A stretch of DNA of 64,000 nt from an uncultured delta proteobacterium (GTDB lineage: Bacteria; Desulfobacterota; Binatia; UBA9968). Shown piece after piece: positions 30,572-42,132 of the stretch; within the stretch, counting starts at the first letter, position 1; every line of letters begins with the position of its first letter. The translations under genes were made by a program, and so were the position numbers. The notes below the pieces were generated by a model, which was given only the letters and a program-made list of their open reading frames with translations, had not been told where the DNA came from and searched no databases. The DNA is taken from positions 1 to 64,000 of the forward strand of contig CAVWLW010000063.1 of assembly GCA_963755715.1 (NCBI GenBank), written 5' to 3'.

Positions 30572-31997
30572 TCATGGCGATAAAAAACTTTCCGCCGCCG
30601 CATTGGTTCCCGCCATCCGTCCCAAGCCGAGGCATTCGCCGAGATTGCCACCGCTTTGGTACAAAAATCCCCAGACCGATCCGAGCTCGCCGGCGCTATA
30701 GAGCCGCTTGATGGGTTTTCCCCACACGTTCAAAATTTGGCCGCGAGAGTTTCTTTTGGGACCGCCTTGGGTGTTGAGCAGGCAAGGCCATAGCGGCAGG
30801 CCGTAGAGCGCGCCTTGAAATTCAATAAGCGTTCGCGGCGAGCGACCGAATTCGTCGTCCCTGCCGCGGTGGCAAGCTTCCTGATACATGTCGAGTGTCG
30901 CGCTTAGCTGGGCTTCGTCGCGTATGCGCTAGTTTATGCGCAAGCTCATGCGCGTCTTTTCCAGATGAAATCCAGCCGCGATCGATCTCGATTTGATTAT
31001 TAGAGCTCCATTCGTAGCCTCGGTTGGCGCCATGTCCGACGCTGGTGATGGGACCGCTCTGTCTCGTGCGCTCGTCAAATATGACATACGACGGTATGCG
31101 CGAGTATCGGAGCGCGGTCATGTCGAATGTCGTGACCGCCATCCACATGCTGTAATGCTCAAGGCCGGTCTCGTTGCAAAACCGCCGGCCGTCTTGATCG
31201 ACGATGATATAACCATCGGCCGGCATGCGCATGATGAAAGCAGATTCATATTCGGGAAACTTAAAGCCCATGGGAGCAGCGACTGACTTCATGTGCCACA
31301 GATCGGCGCCCGCATCCTGCGCCAGCTTAACACCATCTCCCGTGTTACCTGGATGGCCATAAGCGTAGATTGGGTAGCCGGCGAGATATTCCCGCTTCAT
31401 CTCCTCGTTGTATTCAAAGCCGCCGGTCGTCAAAATGACTGCCCGCTTGGCGCCAATTCTAATGCGCCGACCTGCCTGATTCGCTTCGACGCCGATGATC
31501 TCATCTTCCGCGCGTAGAAGTTTTGTCACCGCAGTTCGTCTAAGGATGCGGATTTTTCGCGCTTCAACGTTGCGAGCAAGCAGGCTCCAGAGCGATTCGC
31601 CGCCTCGTTCACTCTCGCTCGCTTTGACTCGGTAACGAATCATGGTCTCGGCGCCGGGAAGAGAAGGAAAAGTTGCTCCCGGCGGACAGATTTCAACTTC
31701 TCCACCGAGCTCCCGGATAAAGTCATTGTTTTGGGACATCCAGTGGAGACAAGAATCCAACGTCTGCTGGTCCAACGTGCCGGATGACAGCGCTTGGATG
31801 TGCTGCTGAGCGGCTGCATTATTCTGCGGGCTGATAAAGGTCCGAGTCGCCAGTTTCGTATTGCCGCCGCCGTCATTTTTTTCAACGATCAAAACCTTGG
31901 CGCCGGCATCATGTGCCGCGACGGCTGCGCTCGCTCCGGCGCCTCCATAACCGACAATCACCACGTCGGCTTCATCATCCCAGTGGGGAGCCATCAT
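30572..31997 (-). CDS. FAD-dependent oxidoreductase, fumarate reductase/3-ketosteroid dehydrogenase-like flavoprotein (frameshift ~30920)
   Basis: DVVIVGYGGAG, LTTGGFE.N, NTGDG, NTQGG, LYSAGE, GGNLGE. Confidence 0.85.
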
Positions 31998-32023
31998 TCA
32001 TCCTTGGCAAATTCATGAGCCTT

Positions 32024-32161
32024 TAGCAGGCTGTTGAAAGACCTTCTCGGAGTCCTTCGACCGCGCTCAGGACGAACGGAGGGATTTTGATATCGTTGAG
32101 AATTTTCCGTTCATGGTGAGGCTCTCGAACCATTCCGAACCTATCTTTCAGTAACCTGCTA
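32024..32161. mobile_element. MITE with IS-like terminal inverted repeats enclosing a REP-like pair
   Basis: TAGCAGGCTGTTGAAAG ... CTTTCAGTAACCTGCTA; inside CCTTCGACCGCGCTCAGGACGAACGG ... CCGTTCATGGTGAGGCTCTCGAACC. Confidence 0.75.
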
Positions 32162-32224
32162 GTCCTCTTTGTTACATCGGCATTTTTTTAGCGGCTGTTT
32201 ACGCGAGCTTCATTGCCTGCAAGC

Positions 32225-33233
32225 CTAACCCTGAATACCAAAGATCGAGCGAAACTGCTTTCTCCAATCGTCTTCTTTCTCGGCTGCATTCGGCGACATC
32301 GGCAGCAGGTGCAGCCGGCGCGGATCGAGCTTGGCGGAAAGCGGTTCCAAATCCGCCCGTGACGGAATGCGGTAGTAGTTTCTCAATTGCGCTTGGCCGC
32401 TCTTCGAAAGAACGAAATCTATCAAAAGCTTTCCGGCGTTGGGATGCTGAGCCTTGGCCGCTAAACCGAGCGGACCGCCTGTGGTGATGATTGGATTCAT
32501 CGTCGATACCCAGTCCATAGGAGCTTTTTGCGACTTGAGAAGCTCCACTCGGTGCGCGTAAACAAAACCTAACGGGTATTCTCCGGCGACAATGAGCTGG
32601 GCGATCAAAGTATTCCCCTTGCGAAACTGAACTTGCTGCTGCGCGAGTTTGCGGAAATACGCGAGCGCTTTTTCCCGTCCCCAAATTTGCTCGAGACCGC
32701 CAAACAACAAATGATTATCAGGATCCAAACCGATCTGGCCGCGCCATTTCGGGAGCAGCAGATCTTCCCAGTCCCGCGGCGCGTCGCGCTCCGAAACCAG
32801 CCGGGTATTGTAGCCGACGACAAAGTAATTGTCGTCGGTGGAAGTCCAGTAACCTTGTTTGTCTTTCCAACCGGCACTATAGCCTTCGCGTTCCGCAGAC
32901 TCATAAGGCTGCACCAATCCTTTTTGGATCAACTGCGCGAAGGTAAACGTCGACTGACGCACGACATCAAACAGATAGCTTCCCGCCCGCGCTTCGTTGA
33001 AAATCCGATTGAGCAGCGGGTAGACCGTCGAGCGCACGACTTCCACTTTCACGAATGGATATTTCTTCTCAAACTCCTGGGCGATTTGCAGCGATTCCCC
33101 GGCGACGGTGTACCAAACCACTCGCCCTTCACGTCGCGCTGCTTGAATTAGATTCGATTCCTGGGCGAACAGCGTAGCGATCGTCAGAGTGAATGACTGC
33201 GATCAGGCAAGCGATAAAAATAACGTGTTTCAT
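32225..33233 (-). CDS. AfuA/FbpA-like solute-binding protein (frameshift near N-terminus)
   Basis: MKHVIFIACLIAV signal; EG.VVWYT; HPNAGKLLIDFVLS. Confidence 0.85.
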
Positions 33234-33427
33234 GCTCATGCGATCGGAAGCGATTTCAATGCCAAGGTCAGTCGCGATAAAAATCAAGATCTTTTCCGCG
33301 GCGCGGATGTTGGGAAAAGTACCTGCCCATTTGGTATTCAGACGATGCAAAATATTTGTGCACCACCTCAGTCATCGCGACATGCCGCGATCCAAGGAAC
33401 AAAGACTCTTCCTTCAGAGTCGGGGTT

Positions 33428-33456
33428 TTGACTCCTTCTTGCAAAGCACCTATGAT
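33428..33456 (+). promoter_or_regulatory. Sigma-70 promoter of hicBA
   Basis: TTGACT-N17-TATGAT, followed by GGAGG RBS and ATG 33476. Confidence 0.7.
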
Positions 33457-33475
33457 TCCTTCCACGGAGGACTCC

Positions 33476-33676
33476 ATGAAACTGAAAGTCGTGATCGAAT
33501 CTTCGGAGGAAGGCGGTTTCACAGTCTACGTGCCTTCTTTGCCTGGCTGTGTGTCAGAAGGAGAAACCGAACAAGAAGCGATGCAAAACATCCGTGAAGC
33601 AATCGAGCTCTATCTTGAGCCCGTGGACGATGACCTCGCGGGAATAGGCAAAGACGTGAGGGAAATCGTCTTGTGA
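33476..33676 (+). CDS. hicB: HicB-family antitoxin
   Basis: EEGGFTVYVPSLPGCVSEGETEQEA..NIREAIELYLE. Confidence 0.92.
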   Translation: MKLKVVIESSEEGGFTVYVPSLPGCVSEGETEQEAMQNIREAIELYLEPVDDDLAGIGKDVREIVL

Positions 33677-33786
33677 GCGTATTGAAAATCACAGTTCCCG
33701 CCCACCGCCCCGTAAAACGAGGCACATTATCTCATATTCTCAAAGCCGCTCAGCAATCGGTCGAACAATTTAACTCCTTGCTGTAA
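33673..33786 (+). pseudogene. hicA: HicA toxin remnant (N-terminal half deleted)
   Basis: GTGA overlap; VSVLKITVPAHRPVKRGTLSHILKAAQQSVEQFNSLL*; lacks the GSH catalytic motif. Confidence 0.75.
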
Positions 33787-33839
33787 CGCGTTCGACCGAT
33801 TCGTCCGGCTGACCTGATCTTTATTTTTCGCTCACATGT

Positions 33840-34948
33840 TTACTTGACCTCGAACGGTATCCCTGTCTTTCTTGATATATCCAGCAAATCGTCCACCACC
33901 GGCTGGATCAGCGGAATCCCTTCTTTGCTTCGAATCGCTTCGGCTTCTCGTTCGGGATCGCCAGGGATCAGCGGGCCGTTGTGCCCGGCGCTGGCTTGGT
34001 TTTTCTGAAGACATGAATCCAGTCGTCGATCTGTTTTTTGAACTCGTCTTTGTCGATGAAGCCGTCGATCTGCAGGGCGCCGAAGAAGTGGCCGATGCCT
34101 TTGCCGACGCTACGCTCGGGGATTTCTTGGCGCAGCGCGAAGGGCGGGGCGAAGGGTCCCCAATTGGCGCCGCTAAGAACGCAAGAGAGTATATCGACCA
34201 TTGACGCGAGCCCGTAACCTTTATGGCCGCCCATCTCTCTCTCTGAGCCGAGCGGCAACTGCGCGCCGCCGTCGATCATCTCTTGGGGATTGATCGTATC
34301 ACGGCCTTCTTTGTCGACGATCCAACCTTTGGGCACGGGTTCTTTCTTGCGCAAGGCAATTTCGATTTTCCCATAAGCGACCGCACTCGTCGCCATGTCG
34401 ATGACTATGGGCGGTTCTTTGTAGCCTGGGAATGCGATCGCAATCGGATTCGTTCCAAGCATTCTTTCCGCGCCCCAGAGCGGCACGACGAGCTTGGTCG
34501 TATTTGTCATCGCCCAGCCGATTAAATCTCTTTCCAGCGCTTTCAACGGATAGTAACCGGCAATACCGAAGTGGTTTGTGTTGCACACGCTAACCCAGCC
34601 GGAGCCGTGCTGTTCGGCTTTGTCCATGGCGATCTCATTCGCTTTTGGTCCTACCACCAAACCCAAGCCATTATCGCCGTCGACGGTTGCCACGCTCGCT
34701 TTCTCGCGAATAATTTGGATCTTCGGTCGCGGATTGATTCGGCCCAATTCGAGCATTTCGAAATAGGTATGCAGACGCGCCACGCCGTGCGAGTCGATGC
34801 CGCGAAGGTCGCTTCGCGCCAAGACGTCGGCGGCCTGTTCGGCATCCGCTTTTGGGACGCCGAAATGCATGAACACTTGAGCGGAAAAATTCCGAAGGTA
34901 AGCATCAGGAAATATTTGCAAATCTGTCTGGTCGGCAAGCGGGCTCAT
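33840..34948 (-). CDS. Ldh_2 family malate/L-lactate/sulfolactate dehydrogenase (frameshift near C-terminus)
   Basis: DLRGIDSHG, DGDNGLG, NHFGIAG, GTNPIA, DMATS, GHKGYGL; corrected end IPGDPE...GIPFEVK*. Confidence 0.9.
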
Positions 34949-34989
34949 TTGGCCCAAACTAACGAGGAGGGAGTGCCCGTGTCAACGAC

Positions 34990-36012
34990 TCAAGGGTCGG
35001 AGTCGGGCAGGAGAAACTGTAAAAGTAAAGTTTGCTGGAAACTGCTGTAGTTATCGTCAGATACGATAAAGATCATCGTTCCATTCGAAGTTTGTTGAAC
35101 CGCAATGCCTTCGAAATTTTCAACCGCCAGCGGTTGCTCCAGTTTAAGCAATTCTTTCCCGGCGAGCTTGGCGCCTGGTCGAAGACTGCCGGCTTTGACG
35201 CGCGTCAGCCGTGCCGACAAAATGCCGAAAGGCACATAACGACGCTCGAGAACAAGCACGTCTCCATTGTTAAGCGCGGCACAGTCGGTGACGCGAAAAC
35301 CTTTGGCCGGCAAATAAGATAACTCCGTAAATTGGCCGTCGTCGAGCACCCAGGCCTTGACACTGCCATCGGGATTCTCTAACTCCTCGGCGATTATCAG
35401 CAGCCGGCCGTCCGCAAGCGTCGCGAGCGCTTCGATGCCGCCGTTGCTAGGAGCCTGTGCGACCGCAGATGGAATTTGCACAGAAACCGGGGTTGATTCG
35501 AAAGTTTTTGGCGGCGGACTATAGAGCGAAATCCGATGGAGACCTTCAAAGGCAACCAAGAATGATCCGTCACGCGCCTGCGCCAACGCTTCGGCGTCTC
35601 TCAACCTTCCACGCACCGGTAGCTTAGTCGTCGTCAGTATTGGTGCAATGCGCCAGTCAACGAGATCCTTCAAGGCGTCGTCTGGTCCCAGCAGCATGCT
35701 CGCCGACAGCCAGTAGCCGTGGTCGGAGACCGCGTAAAGGCGGCCGTCCCGGCCAACGGACAGACCCGACAACCCGCCGAAGCGTTTGTCTTTCGACGCC
35801 AACTGAAAAGCACTGAGGAGCGTCAAGGCACCGAAGTTTCGCCGCTCGACTCTCTTTGGATCGACGTCGATCGGGACTAATTCGACCAGACGAGCATGCG
35901 TCGTCTTCCGATCCACTGCGGCGTCGGAGCATGAAACTAAAGAAAAGGAAACCAGAACTCGTACAATGATAGCCCACATCAGGTTCATTTGTTGTGCCAA
36001 CATGAATACCAA
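34990..36012 (-). CDS. Esterase-like activity of phytase family protein
   Basis: FGGLSGL, AVSDHG, DAEAL, NGGIEAL, VLERRY, NFEGIA, VSDDN.S..Q.TLL. Confidence 0.88.
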   Translation of the reverse strand: MVFMLAQQMNLMWAIIVRVLVSFSLVSCSDAAVDRKTTHARLVELVPIDVDPKRVERRNFGALTLLSAFQLASKDKRFGGLSGLSVGRDGRLYAVSDHGYWLSASMLLGPDDALKDLVDWRIAPILTTTKLPVRGRLRDAEALAQARDGSFLVAFEGLHRISLYSPPPKTFESTPVSVQIPSAVAQAPSNGGIEALATLADGRLLIIAEELENPDGSVKAWVLDDGQFTELSYLPAKGFRVTDCAALNNGDVLVLERRYVPFGILSARLTRVKAGSLRPGAKLAGKELLKLEQPLAVENFEGIAVQQTSNGTMIFIVSDDNYSSFQQTLLLQFLLPDSDP

Positions 36013-36322
36013 TCAGTGACCGGATGTCGCGCGTCACGCTAACGAACTAGCAGGGTGCATGTCAACGACAGCGGGCCCGACAGCGCCACGGGCGATTTGT
36101 GGCCGGACTTGAAGTTGCGGGCCCAACGCTCTCACATTTGCGGATAGTCCGCCCGCTATCGCGCGGATTGCGGCCACACGCAGGGAATACGTTTCAGTTC
36201 TCGCCGGAGCTGCGTCGCCCGGCCTGGTTGTCAGAACTCCACGCGTAGCCCCGATTAGCGCCATGTCCGACGCCCGTGATAGGACTGCTCCTGTCCATGT
36301 GTGCGTACCAAGACGGAAGGAT

Positions 36323-36351
36323 TTGACCATGAGTGGCCGGGACGGTATAGG
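36323..36351 (+). promoter_or_regulatory. Putative sigma-70 promoter
   Basis: TTGACC-N17-TATAGG about 50 nt upstream of ATG 36401. Confidence 0.45.
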
Positions 36352-36400
36352 AAGGAAGATACAGTTTCCGCTCCGTTATAAAAAGGAACTACTCTCTCAC

Positions 36401-38638
36401 ATGAACACGATACAAAAAACATTTTCCATCGTGGGCCAGTCGGTGCCGCGCGTCGACGGCGCGGCTAAGGTCACCGGCAACGCCAAGTACGTTGCCGATC
36501 TCTCGATTCCAGGAATGATCGAAGGCAAGTTTTTGCGCAGCCCATACGCGCACGCGCGCATCCGCTCGATCGATACTGCTGAAGCCGAAGCGATGCCCGG
36601 CGTGGTGGCGGTGCTGACGAGCAAGGATCTCAAGGATATCGGACCCTACATCGGCCGCGGCAAGAACAAAGACCAGCCGGTCATCGCCCTGAACCGGGTG
36701 ATTTTTGCCGGGCAGCCGGTGGCTGCGGTGGCGGCGCTCGACCGCGCCACGGCCGAAGAAGCCTTGACCAAAATTCACGTCGACTACGAAGAGTTGCCGG
36801 CGGTGATTAGCGTCGAAGACGCGATGGCCGACGGTGCGCCGCGCTTGCACGATTTCGCCGAGCGGAACCTTTGCGCGCATCATGAGCTGGTCAAGGGCGA
36901 CGTGGAAAAAGGTTTCGCCGAAGCGGACCTGATCGTCGAAGACGAATTTGATTTTCCCATGATCTATCACTACTCGATGGAACCGCACACCGCGATCGCC
37001 CAGGTCGACGGCGACGGCATTACGATCTGGACCTCCACCAGCCAAGCGTTCGGCGTGCGCCAGGATGTCGCCGATGTGTTTCACGCGCCGCTATCGAAGG
37101 TCCGCGTTCACGTAAACTTCGTCGGCGGCGCCTACGGCAGCAAATCGGGCGGTAAAATCGAGCCGTTAGTCGCGGCGCTGGCGCATAAAGCGCAGCGGCC
37201 CGTGCGGGTTGTGACGTCGGTTGCCGAGGCGATGGTGACTTGCCGCCGTCACGCGATCACGTGCAAAGTTAAAACCGGCGTTAAGAAAGACGGCACTTTG
37301 GTGGCGAAGCAAGCCGATATTTTTCTCAACACCGGCGCCTATGCGGAGACCGGTCCGACGGTTGCCGGACGCACTTTGACGCGCATCCTCGGGCCCTATC
37401 GTTATCCGAATCTAAAAATCAATTCCTACTGCGTTTACACCAACACGGTTTCAGCCGCTTCGTTTCGCTCCATCGGCGGGCCGCAAACCGCCTGGGCGAC
37501 GGAATCGCAGATGGACATCATTGCGCAGAAGCTCGCTATCGATCCGGTAGAGTTGCGGCTAAAAAATCTCGTCAAAGAAGGCGAAGAGCTCAGGCCGAAA
37601 TACCGGCCGCTGGACACCGATCTGGCAAAAGGGTTCAAGCTGGTCACGGACAAGTTGGGCTGGGATGGTCCGGTTTCGAAAGAAGGGCATGGGCGGGGAG
37701 TAGGTTTTGGCACGACCGACCCGGGCGCGCCGCTGGCGTCGACGGCGACGGTGCATGTGCTCGCGGACGGCAGCGTCGTTTTTATGTGCGGCACTTCCGA
37801 GCTGGGTCAGGGAGCGAAAACGATTATGAGCCAGATCATTGCCGAAGAACTGCACGTGCCCCTCGATCGGGTCACCATCCGGCCCATCGATACGGCATTC
37901 ACGCCGTTCGACCGCTCCACGGGATCGAGCCGTTCGACCACAGTCATGGGTAAAGCAATTGAGTTGGCGGGTGGCGACGCGCGCCGGCAGATCGTCGAAC
38001 TTGCCATGGAGCATTTCGAGTGCCCGGAAGACGCGATTACGCTCAAAGACGGCGAAACCATCGCCGGCGGCAAGAAAATCAGCTATGGCGCATTGATCAA
38101 CAAGCACTTCGCCGATCAGGGCGGTGAATTGGTCGGCACCGGTTACGCACATAGCGGCATGGCGCCGACGCCGGCCAATCCACTGTTCTGGGAAATCGGC
38201 ATCGGCGCGGTGGAAGTTTCAGTCGATAAGGAGACCGGGAAAGTTCACGTCGAAAAATATGTCACGGCCGCCGATGCCGGCAAAGCGATCCATCCGCTGC
38301 AATGCGAGGGACAGGACGAAGGCGCGGCGATGATGGGATTCGGCCACACGTTTTATGAAGCGTACCAGTGGGAGGGCGGGCAGATTATCAATTCCTCCCT
38401 GGTCGATTACAAAGTGCCGACCTTTGAGGACGTGCCGGACGAATTCGAATCGATTCTGATCGAAGACGGCAACGGGCCGGGACCCTACGGCGCCAAGGGT
38501 TTGGGCGAAGGCGGCATCATTCCGGTCGCGCCCGCTGTGGCGAATGCGGTTTTTTGGTGCACCGGCGCGCGGGTAAAGTCATTGCCGCTGACGCCGGAAA
38601 AAGTATGGCGGGCGATCAAGCAGACGCAGGAAAAATAA
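36401..38638 (+). CDS. Xanthine dehydrogenase family molybdopterin-binding (large) subunit
   Basis: R.DG..KVTG...Y..D, RSPYAHA, MEPH, VGGAYGSK, FRSIG.PQ, ELGQG, GAKGLGE. Confidence 0.93.
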   Translation: MNTIQKTFSIVGQSVPRVDGAAKVTGNAKYVADLSIPGMIEGKFLRSPYAHARIRSIDTAEAEAMPGVVAVLTSKDLKDIGPYIGRGKNKDQPVIALNRVIFAGQPVAAVAALDRATAEEALTKIHVDYEELPAVISVEDAMADGAPRLHDFAERNLCAHHELVKGDVEKGFAEADLIVEDEFDFPMIYHYSMEPHTAIAQVDGDGITIWTSTSQAFGVRQDVADVFHAPLSKVRVHVNFVGGAYGSKSGGKIEPLVAALAHKAQRPVRVVTSVAEAMVTCRRHAITCKVKTGVKKDGTLVAKQADIFLNTGAYAETGPTVAGRTLTRILGPYRYPNLKINSYCVYTNTVSAASFRSIGGPQTAWATESQMDIIAQKLAIDPVELRLKNLVKEGEELRPKYRPLDTDLAKGFKLVTDKLGWDGPVSKEGHGRGVGFGTTDPGAPLASTATVHVLADGSVVFMCGTSELGQGAKTIMSQIIAEELHVPLDRVTIRPIDTAFTPFDRSTGSSRSTTVMGKAIELAGGDARRQIVELAMEHFECPEDAITLKDGETIAGGKKISYGALINKHFADQGGELVGTGYAHSGMAPTPANPLFWEIGIGAVEVSVDKETGKVHVEKYVTAADAGKAIHPLQCEGQDEGAAMMGFGHTFYEAYQWEGGQIINSSLVDYKVPTFEDVPDEFESILIEDGNGPGPYGAKGLGEGGIIPVAPAVANAVFWCTGARVKSLPLTPEKVWRAIKQTQEK

Positions 38639-38744
38639 AAGGGACGATTGCGCGGCCAAAGCCAAAAACGTTATGCGAGTTTTCCTCGATACGCATGACA
38701 GCAATTGTCCCGCATTATACAGCGCGCGTACATTGCCAATACTT

Positions 38745-39732
38745 ATGATTTCAGCAAGGCTTCATCCTTTGGCGCGCCTGGCGAACTACTGTCTGCTGTG
38801 GATGTTCGCCTTCCCCATTGCCCTGCCGGCTCAGGATCTTGCCAAGCTGACCGTTGCCTATTCGAGCCGAAGCATCGCGCCGATCGATTACTTCATCGCG
38901 GAGCAATCGGGGTATTTCAAAGCCGAGGGCCTTGACGTCCGGCTGGTTCAGATCAGAGCGGCCGTCGCCGTTGTTGCCATGCTGGCGTCCGAGGTGGAGG
39001 TGTTGGGCTCAATTTCAACCGCGATCAGTGCCGCTCAGAGAGGCGCGCCGATAAAGGTCCTGGCCGTCACTCTGCACCGGCCAGCTCTTCTGGTTAGTTG
39101 CCCGGCCGGAGTTCAAGAACATTGCAGATCTGAAAGGTAAAGTTGTGGGGGTCGTCAGCATCGGCGGCGCGCAGCATACTGCGCTTAGGTACATGCTGCG
39201 CAAGGGCGGGCTCAATCCCGATGTTGACGCTACGACAATCCTAGCGGGGGATGTTCCCGCTCAGCTGCAGGCTTTGGCGAGCAACGCGATACAGGCGGCC
39301 GCGCTCTCACCTCCGATCGTGATTGTCGCTCGAGATCGCTTTAAGATGAACGTGCTGGCAAGCGTGCTGCAGGAATATCCCACGATTCAAAATGGGGTCG
39401 CCACTACGGAGCGGACGTTCAAAGAGGAACCGAAGCTCATACGGGCTCTGCTGAGGGCCCGCGCGAGGGCAAGTCGGCAGTTTCATGAAAATCCGCCAGT
39501 TCCGATAGACGTGATCTCGAAGGTGTTGCACGTGGACAAGGAGACGGCGCGGGAGACGTATCTTTTGTCCAAGCTTGGCTTTACCCAAAATGGCATTGTT
39601 TCGGAAGGAGATGCCCGGGAGTATCTCAAAGCGGATGCGGAGCGGCTGAAATTGAAAGAGCCCGCACCGGTCTCGCGAATATTTGATTTTTCTTTGCAGG
39701 AGCAGGTTAATGCAGAACTAGGAGTCCGCTAA
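38745..39732 (+). CDS. NitT/TauT substrate-binding protein (frameshift ~39090)
   Basis: GYFKAEGLDV, DLKGKVVG, IFDFSL. Confidence 0.82.
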
Positions 39733-39780
39733 TCTCATAGTATACTTCGCGCCAACAGGGCGTCACGGAAAGGAACGTGC

Positions 39781-40278
39781 ATGGAAAGAGAGAAAGCGCA
39801 GCATAGTCGTCCAAGGGAATGAAGGAGGCCGGCATCAACTTCGCTGTTGGGTTTGCCGGACTCTCAGTTTCATGAAGTTTACGAGATGATCACCAAGACC
39901 CGGGCTTCCAATACGTGGGCGTTGGCAACGAAGGCGAGGGTGCTGCGAGTGGCGATGGGGGCGTGGTGCGGTGGGAAAAAAACCGCGTTGATCATTGCAA
40001 CGTCCGGACTCCTGGTCGCGACATTCTCTCTCGCGCGGCTGCATCTAAAGGAAATACCGCTGGTGCTGATTGTCCCCTACCGTGGAGACTTGGGAGATCC
40101 GCGCTGGATGGGGATTTATAAGAAATACACCGAGCCGATGCTGAACGTGATGGATATCCCCTACCGGGTAGTCACTCGTTCGGCAGAAACAAGGAGCGCG
40201 ATTAAAGATTGTCAGGTGTGCACGGAAGCATGGCTCAAGCCGGCTGCTGTTTTATTGACCGGGGAGGCTCTATGGTAA
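39781..40278 (+). CDS. Sulfopyruvate/phosphonopyruvate decarboxylase alpha-like subunit, copy 1 (multiple frameshifts)
   Basis: GLPDSQF, ATSGLLVA, PYRGDLGDPRW; paralog of 44336-44833. Confidence 0.75.
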
Positions 40279-40923
40279 AGCGCTGTCGATCTTATAAAGG
40301 CTTTTGCATCGATGGTTGGCGAGGAGACTCTCGTCGTAACCCCTATCGGCAGCACCACAGCTTACTGGGAGGAATTGGGGAAAGGGCCCACGAGTCTCAC
40401 CTCAGTCAGCTTGGGAATGTGTACAGCCACTGCTTTGGGGGTGGCTCTTGCTTTGCCGCATCGCAAGGTGGTGGCGCTGGATTCGGACGGCAATCTTATT
40501 CTGAACCTGTGCAGCCTCGGAACTGTCGGGAATCAAAAACCCCGCAATCTGCTTATCGTCGTTTTCGACAATGGAAATTATTTATCTGGCGGTCCCGGTG
40601 GCGGCCAAGCCGGGAATGCCCACAGCAACCGGCGGGCGCCATGAATCTGGAGGCTGGTCGCCAGGGGATGCGGTATTGAGAAATCCTGCACGATCCGCAA
40701 TGAGGAAGAGTTTCGAACGGCCGTAGCAGAAATATCTTGACGGAAGATGGACCCTGCGTTTGTGGCCGCCAAGATAGAACCGGTGGAGATGCACGCGAGA
40801 GAAAGGGAGGTCGCGGGCCGGGAGATGCCGGCCAAGACACCCGCGAGAACAAATACTCGTTTCGTGCATCATGTGGAACGCTTGGAAAACATAACGATCT
40901 TAAAGAAGGGAGGCGGCGGCTGA
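40272..40923 (+). CDS. Sulfopyruvate/phosphonopyruvate decarboxylase beta-like subunit, copy 1 (multiple frameshifts)
   Basis: LGM.T..ALG.ALALP.RKVVALDSDGNLILNL...DNGNY; RENKY; paralog of 44827-45456. Confidence 0.75.
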
Positions 40924-40985
40924 GCCGAGCTTTCTTTAAGTTTTGTATAGGGGAGCATGTTGAACCCCAAAAGAGGTTACTCGAT

Positions 40986-41971
40986 ATGATTTCATGGCCT
41001 AAAAGCTGCGCAGGACTTTCGCTCTTTCTCGGTATGTTTGCCGTCCACGTTCCATCGATTCACGCCGAGAAGGCAATCTTCGGGTACCCTAGCCCCTCAA
41101 CGAGCTTTTTGCCGCTGGTCGTTGCGCAAAAAAAGGGCTTTTTTGATGGCGAAAATCTTCAGGCGGAATTAGTGCAAATTCGGCCTGCGGTCGCCATTCC
41201 AGGGTTAACCAATGGCAGTGTCGATTATGCGACGGTGCTAGGCAGCTCCATCGCGGCGCGGATGCGTGGTGCTCCACTCGTCATCATAGGTGTTTTCGCC
41301 AACAAGCCGATGGATTTTCTGGTCGGCGGTAAGGGAATAACGTCAGCGAAAGAATTAAAAGGAAAGGTTGTTGGTATTAGCGCATTAGGGAGTACGACGC
41401 ACTTTTTAACGGTCAGAGTTCTGCGGGCGATTGGGCTCGATCCTGACAAGGATGTGACTCTGCGAGCCGTGGGCGATGAGGGACTGCGGCTGCAGGCGCT
41501 AGGCACGGGCTTGGTGCAGGCTGCGCTATTGGGCTCTCAAGGTGTGATTCAAGGCGACAAGGAGGGACTTAAGGTGATTGTCGCTGCCGCGGACGTAATC
41601 GATAGTCTCGCATTTGCCGGTCTCGCACGACCTTCGCGAAAATAAAGGATAACGCCCAGCAAGTTAGTAGAGTCATGCGCGCTGGCCTTAAAGGAATCCG
41701 CTACGTGCTAGATAACAAAGCTGGAACGGTAGACCTACTCCAGAGTTGGTATCGATTGGATCAAGGAACGGCTGCGGCCAGCTACGACCTCGCAGTAAAA
41801 TCCTATAGTCAAAATGGCGAGGTTAGCGAGAAGGGCATCTCTCTAAGCATGGAGTTCGTGAGAATGGGCAGCAAAATCGAAAAAGAGATTACGCCTGCGG
41901 AGATGGTCGATTTCAAGCTGCTACGAGAAGCCAGGAAAGAACTTGGCTGGCCGTCAGGCGCTTTGAAATAA
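40986..41971 (+). CDS. NitT/TauT substrate-binding protein (frameshift ~41630)
   Basis: YPSPSTSFLPLVVAQKKGFFD; close paralog of 56390-57355. Confidence 0.85.
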
Positions 41972-42132
41972 CTGTACCGAGGCTGTTGCGTTATGGCCGT
42001 GCGCGCGACGGCGATGTTGCCAATGGACGACTCACAGGCGATGAGTTCCTTAACGCAATTGCCTGGCCTACCGGCGCGCGGATTAAAAGTCTGCAGCTAA
42101 GGCCGGACAAAGTAGGGCGCGAAGGAGTGCCA

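Noticed and set aside
33249-33264. Second sigma-54-like motif on the minus strand (TGGCAT-N5-TCGCT)
   Set aside because: Mismatch in the -12 box and very close to the start codon; too weak to call
36030-36320. Long intergenic region as a Moco riboswitch or ncRNA
   Set aside because: No recognisable conserved motif by eye; a covariance-model search would be needed
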